The position numbers were made by a program, and so were the translations under genes. Of a stretch of DNA of 64,000 nucleotides, positions 38,401 through 47,400 are shown one piece after another. Source of the stretch: Phoronis australis (taxonomy: Eukaryota > Animalia > Phoronida). The stretch lies in NCBI GenBank assembly GCA_002633005.1, contig NMRA01001016.1:1-64000 (forward strand). Direction: 5' to 3'. The notes beneath the pieces were generated by a model. That model was not told the origin of the DNA and did no database searches. It saw only the letters and a list, made by a program, of their open reading frames with translations. The first letter of the stretch is position 1; each line of letters begins with the position of its first letter.

Positions 38401-41400
38401 TCGTTCTACAACGTGTTTGACACCTGTATGATGGTGGGATATATTGCGTCATTCGCTTTAAAAATCTACTCCTTCAGTCAAGTGCAGTCCGCGCTGGATA
38501 TCTTTAAAGAAAACACTACGTGCACCGAGTACAGAGAAGGAAACCAAACAGTAAAGGAGATGTTCTACTGGTTGCGCGCAGGTAGGACATCTATTGTTCG
38601 TGTTAGAGGGTACCGCGAGCACGTGTTGTATACGAGGACATTTGCTTATTTTTTCAGTCCGTGGTTGGAAGGAACACTATGTCACATGGTTCCAGGAGTT
38701 CATGTACTCTTTTTGAATATCATTTTCAACAACTAACTCAGATCATTGAACGATTTTTTCTGACTTTGAGAAATCATGCTTCAAGGGGATTATTTCGCTA
38801 TAGGGTGAAGTCTCTAGGACGATGTCTTGATCGGATAAAGACCCGGGTGTTCTCTTAGAGGAAATGAATGTCTAAGGTTGATTACCCGAGTTCGTCTCTC
38901 ATCCACAAGTATGCATGGTGGTGAAAAAGCCAAAACAAATTCTCATAACTGCCCACTACTGGCAAATGAACGATGTCAGGGCTCTCTCCTGCTGAGAGGA
39001 AATTTAGGTGCCAGTGCCTTCTGAGAGGGAACTGGTTTGGCTGAAATGTTATTCATCCATCTCCTTCACCAGCAGCTTCACTACCTGTTCGCCAATCCTC
39101 ATCAGCTATGTCTTAAAAAGTTCCCACAATGACCCTATGTCTCAAAAAGAATTTCATAGATAGAATAGATTGTCTTAAAGGAGCATGTCACCCAAAAACA
39201 ACCTATTTTCTATCAATTTAGATCGAGTAGCTCGACTACTCGATAACGGTACGTTCGGTTGCGTTACCTGACACCTGACGGCAGACGGAGGTGTTGAAAT
39301 TATCCACTGACGTCATTGGTTTCCCACGTAGTCTGTTCAGCAGCTCACAACAGGGGTTACTGGTGTCGGCTTATCGCTTTAATTCATCATTTAACACCAA
39401 TAAATCATCAAACTTCGACGTAAAACCCTTAAAAATACACCGAGTTCTTATAAAACGTGTTGTTTTATTTCGCTGTTAGGGATTTATTGGTATTTGGGCA
39501 CATCGTAACCTACAAAGTTCGGCAGGCCAAGTTACCAATGTCCAGAGCAAGAGTTTGGGATCTGTTCGGAGATAAATTCGAAGTATTCTTCCGTGAAATA
39601 CAGACATGAGAACCTAGAGCTGTGTTGTTTAGACTTGTGATTTTTTGAGTTCTAAACACACAAAACGCTTGTTATCCCTGCCAGAGGCTCGGAAACCGAT
39701 CAGGTCCGTCACGGCCGGGCTGAAGACATCACGAACATAAACCAGCCAAAGTTGGAAATTGGATTTCCAGTCAAGAAAATTATACTAGTGAGCCAAAGAA
39801 GTAACGTGCACGTGATAATGTTGGTGAATTAGCCACGAAACTGCAAATCTACTTACCTGTCGGGTTCCGCGAATTCAGTTTCCCCTTTGGCAACAGAACC
39901 GTCAGGGCAGAAGTTGTACATTGACAATCATTATTTGAATAATGTATAGGTAAATAAATATTCCCCTAACACCTGGCAGTGGGATAGAAATCGAGTTATT
40001 GTTTCATAACAGTTTCTGTCAGCAAACACTGAATTAGCATGCGCTCACACGGCCTCGGTGTCCGGTCAATTAGTTTTATTGCACCTAAAGCCGGTAACGC
40101 AGTGATTTATTCATTACTGGCTTCTCAGTCAAATCATTTGCACTCACTAACACTCCAAAGACATTACAAATTGTATCTAATGAGACAGACTTTGTTTCAG
40201 TTTTATATAAGTATTGGTTAGGGAGGGAATAATTCATTTTGAAATAGAAAGCTCAGTAATAAACGTCAACATGGCAACTCGCAATCCCGACTCAAGTTAA
40301 ACGAGAGGTCATCCGACTTCGCAGTTGGATCTTAAGTTTCACAGGCTATCAGTTCGAACCGGAATACAGTGATGGAGAAATACTAGAGAGGCGCCGTGAA
40401 CAAGCTCAGGCAACGGAACGTATGGATAGTTATTTGGTAAACCGACATTCGTCAGACTCACTGTCGACGACTGTAGGCCACAGACACGGAGATGTTTCAC
40501 GGCCTCATAGGCCTACTTACTATTTACAGCGTACGATCATTCTTCACTACCGCGAGCCACTTCCTAAGCATTTCGGACTCTCGAGGAAGTCGAAAAAACG
40601 ATATACTCGCTTTCCTCGCAGCTACAAGCGGGAACGATACACCGCAACATAGCGGCATTCACCGTGCAAATGAACCACTGACGTCGCTGCGTCGTTTCTC
40701 ACCTTCCTTACAGGTTAACGAGACACCTCTCGGCAAGGTAAGGTCGACCGTATACGAGGTGATGTGGATATAAACCGATTAAGATGGTAAATCGGGTGGC
40801 ATTCTCCTTTATCTTCAATTGTAGTTGGGCGATTTTAGTGATTCAAAAACTAAACACTTTCAACATTTGACGACGGAGTAACTCAGAATTGTTTTTGGTT
40901 TGTGTTCAGACAGTTAATAACTTATCTTTTATTTTCAACATCACAGCCAAGTCAGGCTGGTTATGATCTTATCTGATTTATCTGATAAGAGCATTTATCG
41001 AATAAAAGACGTCGGAGTTAATCAATCGTGTAAGATACTGACTACGACCGTCAACCGCCCAACTTGTTTGTTTGCCACCCGATCGAGCAGTTTGGGGTCA
41101 ACGGGAGAATGACGCAATGTTATGAGTTTGCACAAAGTTTTAATAAATAAAATCAACAAGGCATTCCGTCCTGTTCAGCTGGCTTATAAACCAAAACCGA
41201 ATTAGGCATTTTACTCTCATAAGATGGTTGACCATCGTAAACAAAATAACTCTTTGTATATGCGTCACATACAACATTATTCACTAGTTGTAGCCCACCT
41301 GGGTCCAATTTACTAACATACCTTCGATTTACTGCGGCGGAATTCTGGCAAATGCTCATTCTAGTCTTACCATTCCAGATCGCATGTACTGGCGGAACCA

Positions 41401-44400
41401 CGACCCCTACATCTTGTCAGAAATCTTGTTTGGTTTCGCCAATGTGCTCAGCTTTTCTCGGACATCCTCCCTCCTCCCAGCAAACGAACACTTTGGACCT
41501 ATGCAAATATCACTTGCTCGCATGTTGAAGGTAAGAGTTGTTGAAAACATACCCCCTTATCCTTTAAGTAATATCACGGTGACGCAAAGGTGAGAAATCG
41601 ATATCTCTGATGTTTGTTTTCCAACCGATTCAGGCACCGCAAATGTAGTGGAGGAGGGGGCGATGAAAATCATTTTCCTATTCCTACGTACAGTTGTCAT
41701 TCATATCACCAGGTTTGCCCGTAGGTTTCGCCTCTTCGTCATTATTAATCATCCAAGCATGAAAAGGTGAATCTTTCATCAAGGTCGCTTTCTCACGAGA
41801 GGATGGACCGTTATTTCACTGACCGGGACTCTTAGCTGTTGGAAAATGACTCATGACGTCATATTCCACGGACTGCCACGTTAAGTTTTAGTAAACGTCA
41901 AAATTTAGTGGCGCAGCGGGCGGCCCAACTTGTAATGCAGATGATTTGCAATGGTCACTCAGAAGGTGTTGACGTTTCACTCCTAGCACTGAAATAGTGG
42001 ACAGTGATGATAATCAGTGGAGCATCTCGTGAAAATAGTAACATCTATCAATTTGAAGCAACAAGTCCAGGCTTTTTCATCCACTGCCATGCTTGGACTC
42101 AACCGGTGCGAAGAACGGACCTTCAGATGAGAAGGAAGAACCTTCAGATAGAAAGGACGGACCTTCAGATGGAAGGACGGATCCGAAAAACTGAAGCGTG
42201 CACGAGAAGGACAGGTTGTGATGGGGAAAGTCGGGTTGTGATAGTAAGGACGTGACAGATAGTCAGACCTTTATGTTGGATAACAAAGCCTGCAGTCTGA
42301 AGTCTCTGATTTCAAATATGAAATCTCCGAGTCACACCGATTGACCACGTGGTTTGCTAGACCGTGGTTCAGATGGTGATTTTCTAGTTACACGAATTGC
42401 GCCCATGTAATTATCCAAAGAAAAGTGGTCAGACGGAATCTCCCTGGCAACCTTGGGGTAGTCACGTCACATTTTTTGAGTCTATTGTAACTTAAAAAAT
42501 GTGACGTGACTACCCAAGGTTGCCAAGAAGATTCCGAGTCTATTGTAACTTGTGAACTTGGTTAAATTTCGTCTAGAAATTGTAACAGTTGTATGTACGT
42601 GACATGCGCATGGGTGATGAATTTCCTTTCACCCTCAGGACTTCTTCAAGTTCATGTTCATCCTCGTCGTGATCTACTTTTCATTTCTCGTCGGAATGGT
42701 GAACATTTACTGGTACTACGTGGAAGATAACCGCAAAAAGGTTGAGTTACCGCAACTGCACAACGTCACCGGCTTAGAAGCCGACAAGCATTTTGGCGAG
42801 TAAGTTTATTTGCTTAAAATCACCAATAGCCTTGTTTCGACATGTGACTACATTTTCAGCATCACTAAACCTTCCATTAGAGCATTCCATGTCACAATCG
42901 AAAATTCAATATCCCGGAAACGAGAAAAGCGGCATCAATTGGAAGTTTCTTAGCTCCACGAACACGAGTGTGACGAGTGAGTGTACCCAGCGCTTGTGTA
43001 TCAGGTCCACCAACAGGCGAGCTTCTCCAATGTCTCGGGAAAAGTGAAAAGAGCAAACGCGTAATCAAAAATTAAGTTGTCAAAACTACTACAAACGCAA
43101 CGCCTCGTCATTGCTTATTATACCATTAACCAGGGGAAAATGTGCATCAACATCTGACGACAATTTGCACTAAGCACTTTAAGCCCAGAGGTCTGTTTCA
43201 TGAAAGTGACTTAAGAATTTTATAAGATTGAAATTTGATCTTACACTCAACATGGTTATTTGTGAAAAATATTTTTTAACAAAAATACAACTTTTAATGG
43301 ACATAAATTTAAAATGAGCAACGTTGCGTCCTCATAGCGTGGACTTTCGCTTGTAACTGCCGTGGAGGTGTTCGGCTGATGACGTAATCGGCGAGGAATG
43401 AAACACAGCGCGCGCGCTCATGTCCTGAAGAGTTGAAATCTTAATTCTAAGGGGGACATTTAGCAGATTAGTAGATAGATTTATTAACAACACCACGTTT
43501 GAACCAGGTTTCTTCACGATCCAAAATACATCAGTGGTTTCAAATGAATGTCGTGCAGTGTTGATGTGAGTGAAAACGGCGGAATCATACGTGTCCCCGT
43601 AACTGAGCCGGCGGTGCTGACCCATTCTGCTTTTTGAGAGACTGCACTGTTTCACCCACGTAGGACTCAGTACACACCTTGTCCTCACACATAATGCCAT
43701 AGACCACATTGGAGATTTTTCCCTGGGAACCTTGTCTTTCATCCTGACCGGACTTCTTGGATTGAATCTTTCAAATCCATCAACTCCAGTCAGGAGCCAA
43801 CTGGTCCGAGTGAAAGACAAGGTTCCCATGGAAAAAGTCTCTATTGTGGTTGATGGCACTATGTGTGAGAACAAGGGGTTGACTGAGTCCTATGTGGGTG
43901 AAACCAAGGAGTCCCTCAGAAGCAGAATGAACTAGTACCGCCGACCCAGTTACGGGAATTCATTTGACACTAGAGATGTACGCATTTTGGATCGTGAGGA
44001 AAATTGGTTAAATCGTGACGTTAAGGAATCTATCTACGAACGTGATGAATGCCCGTCTTTGAATCGCTAAGGCGGATTAAGATTCCAACTCTCCAGGACA
44101 TGGAATCGCGCTATGTCATTCATTACCCGCCGCCTACATCGTCAGCTTAACATCAACACGGCAGTTACTAGTGAAAGTCCTCGCGACGCAATGTGGCTCA
44201 GTTGAAATGTAAGTCTAGTATTAGTTTTAATTTTTGCTGATACTTATGGATGATACTGGATGTCTAATACTCAACAACTACTTGAAACTCACTTTAGCAA
44301 AAGAATAAAGTATCTGGAATAGACTTGTAATTGTTATTTTTGAGGAAAATGCACATTATTTTAAACTGATGTTCTAATAGTTACTTGACTTAGCCTTTAT

Positions 44401-47400
44401 GTGGCAATTGTGACGTCGGAGTGTAAGACCAAATTTCAACCTTAAGTCATTTTTCATGTATCATTTGATGTATCATACTTTCTCTGGTTGAATTTTGTTG
44501 TAAATGCTTTTTCAAAAACAGACTTACACCCATAGATAAACGATTTATTTTGAGAGGGCTTTAAATTTGATTATGCCTTTAAAACATTTCATTCAACACA
44601 CGTTTTGTTTGTCCTTCGAGGATGACTGACATATCGAAAGTCTTCCCTTTCAGCGTAATCAACACATTCCGCACAATGTACTGGGTATTATTCGGTATGG
44701 GCGAGCCCAACGTGGTCGAATTAGGCTCCTTCAACAAACAGTTCACACAGGACGCCGGCTATATTCTCTATGGTATCTACAACATAGTCATGGTGATATT
44801 ACTGCTCAATATGTTGATTGCCATGATGACGCGCTCATTTGAAATGATCCACGTAAGTTGAGTTGTTCAACCTGGGATTTTAGTTGACTTGTCAATCAGT
44901 TTCTAGGTCAGCCTACCGATGTCAAAAAGCAAACAAAGCACAAGTATCCATACTCGCACCATAAAACTTTTCATTTCCCTCCAGTTTAAAAGCGCGCCAC
45001 TGGCGGCAACTCGCAGCCGTGCAGGCCAAAGTGCAAAAACACATCGGTAAATACAGTCATGAACCACCTTGTGACACCTTGACCTAACTGACCAACGCAT
45101 TTCCTCGGGCAAATTGAAGTATAATCTATTAAAATGAACACTGTTGAGATGATATAATATGACGAGTAAGTGTATTTCAGAGTGAATCCGATATCGAGTG
45201 GAAGTTTGCTCGTTCTCAGCTGTACATGGATTACATAACCAAAGGTAATACCTTGCCCGCACCACTCAACATCATCCCATCACCATACGCCATCTATAGA
45301 TTCGTGCGAAGGAGTTGCGGTAATGATTGCTGCAAGCGAAAGCCACTACCTAAAGACTTGCCCGACATTGAAGAAGTAAGCCAGCCAGTAGAAAGCACTA
45401 ATATACAGTTTTCCAAAGATTAGAACTGTACACTATACATGTAGGTGTATTCGCTAGTAGATTATGGCACAGTCGTAAATGCACTGTCTTGTGCTGCTGG
45501 CGCCAACTGTCGAGCATCACACTCTGCTGTACGCTACACTTGGGTCCATCAGAATACCAATAGGCCTAACCTGTGTCTCCACCATCCGTCTGTCGTGATT
45601 CAGTGGCCTTGTTCTTGTGATTCCCTGAATGTAAATGAATGTGTTGTGGCTTAAACAGAAATATATGCTTATAGGTGTATAAATACATGTATATATTGCA
45701 GGTATAGACTATTGAAGACCGCGGCAAGGTCTTTTGTCGTTGTGAAGCATATGCACTCGCGAAGCCAATTTCCTATACACCTTCATTAAACGCCGTCGTG
45801 AAGTACGAGATACGTTCATGCCATTTAATTTTTCAGTCTCATGTAGTCATGACATATTTGAACTCTTTAAAATACTCCAAAGATGGAATGGAGAATGTCT
45901 TCCGGAAGGGATTCATCACGGAAGGACTCTTATAGACCGCTAGAGGTCAGCGTCGTCTTGCTTTCACGGTCGTCCAACGAAACACTGGCCTGGAAATGAT
46001 GCGCAAATTATAAATCAAAACTTTTGTAGACTCAGTGGGATATTTCCCCAATGTTGAGAAGTCGCCTGGCTCTTGGGATTGATTGTACATCCGTCTGCCG
46101 GTTTTCCTATAAAAGAGCTACCCCCGTCCTCCTTACTTCTCCTCTCCTCTCTCGCTCTCTCTCTCTCGCTCTCTCTCTCTTGCTCTCTCTNCGTCGTCTC
46201 TCTCTCTCTCTCTCTGCTTCCCCCTCATCTCACTCCGCCTTCGGACGCTCTATCGACCGAGCGCCTGATGTTTGCTACTGCGGGGTTTAAACCAGTCTCA
46301 TTTGCCTTGCGGTGCTGAGACCTGCGCTTCCTATGTAGGTATCTCGCATTCGTCACCATTGCACAAAATACTTTTGTCAGTTTCCAGAGGTTTTGATTTA
46401 TAATTTAACGATTGTGTTTTTCACCTGTATGAGCTTTAACGTGCCTCCACTACTGGCCTATATAGACACCGTAACATCTTTTGACGTCTGCGTTAACATA
46501 AGAACGTCGTGTAGCGTTCGATTTCACATGGAGCGATCAAGTTTACTTTTCTTCATAGACAAAACAGAGAAACTTTGCTTTTGATTTTTATGCAAATATA
46601 GCGATCCAATTTAGGATTGTTAAACTCTAATTTGAAAAACGGCGACCTTTTGCACATTACAGTTATTTAATTATATCCAAAATCAGGAGGTTTTGTATGT
46701 TTATATTTTTACATCAGCGACGTCGCTAATTTACCCACATGCTTTGATTTTTTTCTGCTTGGCGTTTGCATGACAATTTCATTTGCTGTGAATTACTACG
46801 CCCATGGCATAGCCAGTTTTGTTCCCTTGTTAGTGACCCTTGATGTGAGTGAACTTTGCTTTAGCATGTGACGTTTCTTAACCAAGTGAGTTGATCATTT
46901 GTCTGAACCGATAAACCCATATGCGTACGTATAGCTCTTTGTCTTGTTTAATCAGGGTCTGAGTAATCTTGGCTTGCATGCTGGTGATGACTCGCCCCAG
47001 GAAGAGGCTGTTCTTCCCGTTTTTGGTGAACCTCGTGGTGACAGGCAAGATATGAGTTGCGTGTCTGTCACTACAAAACGCTACCAAGTGAGTCATGCGT
47101 TTGCTTGTACAGGTGTATTTGTGAAATGGACGAGTAGCGAGAGAAAGGTTGAATTGTTCCTTTTAGATAAGTGACCAGCACCGTGGTCTCTCCCAAAGCA
47201 CGTAGATTTATGATTTTGTTAACTTGATTGCAGTGATATAAGTCCACCTTAGATTTCTTTACCTAATGAGAGGTAACGTCGGCGATGTAACCTTTATATA
47301 CAAGCCAGATGGCAACCGTGGGAATCGTTGACTGCACTATATTGAAATCTTCACTTACACATTTGCTTGATTTGCATTAATTTATTCGTTTGACTATACA

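Noticed and set aside
41490-41530. S4-S5 linker Gly-to-Ala as the known constitutively activating TRPC4/5 mutation site
   Set aside because: By my numbering the gain-of-function Gly (TRPC4 G503 / TRPC5 G504) is the one in GPxQ, which is conserved here; the Ala replaces the later Gly.
42110-42185. CRISPR-like array
   Set aside because: Head-to-tail minisatellite with no unique spacers, no cas genes, eukaryotic context.
43374-43403. Plus-strand CTGATGA...GAAAC as an intact hammerhead core
   Set aside because: No convincing stem II between the boxes, and it is antisense to the Penelope arm it lies in.
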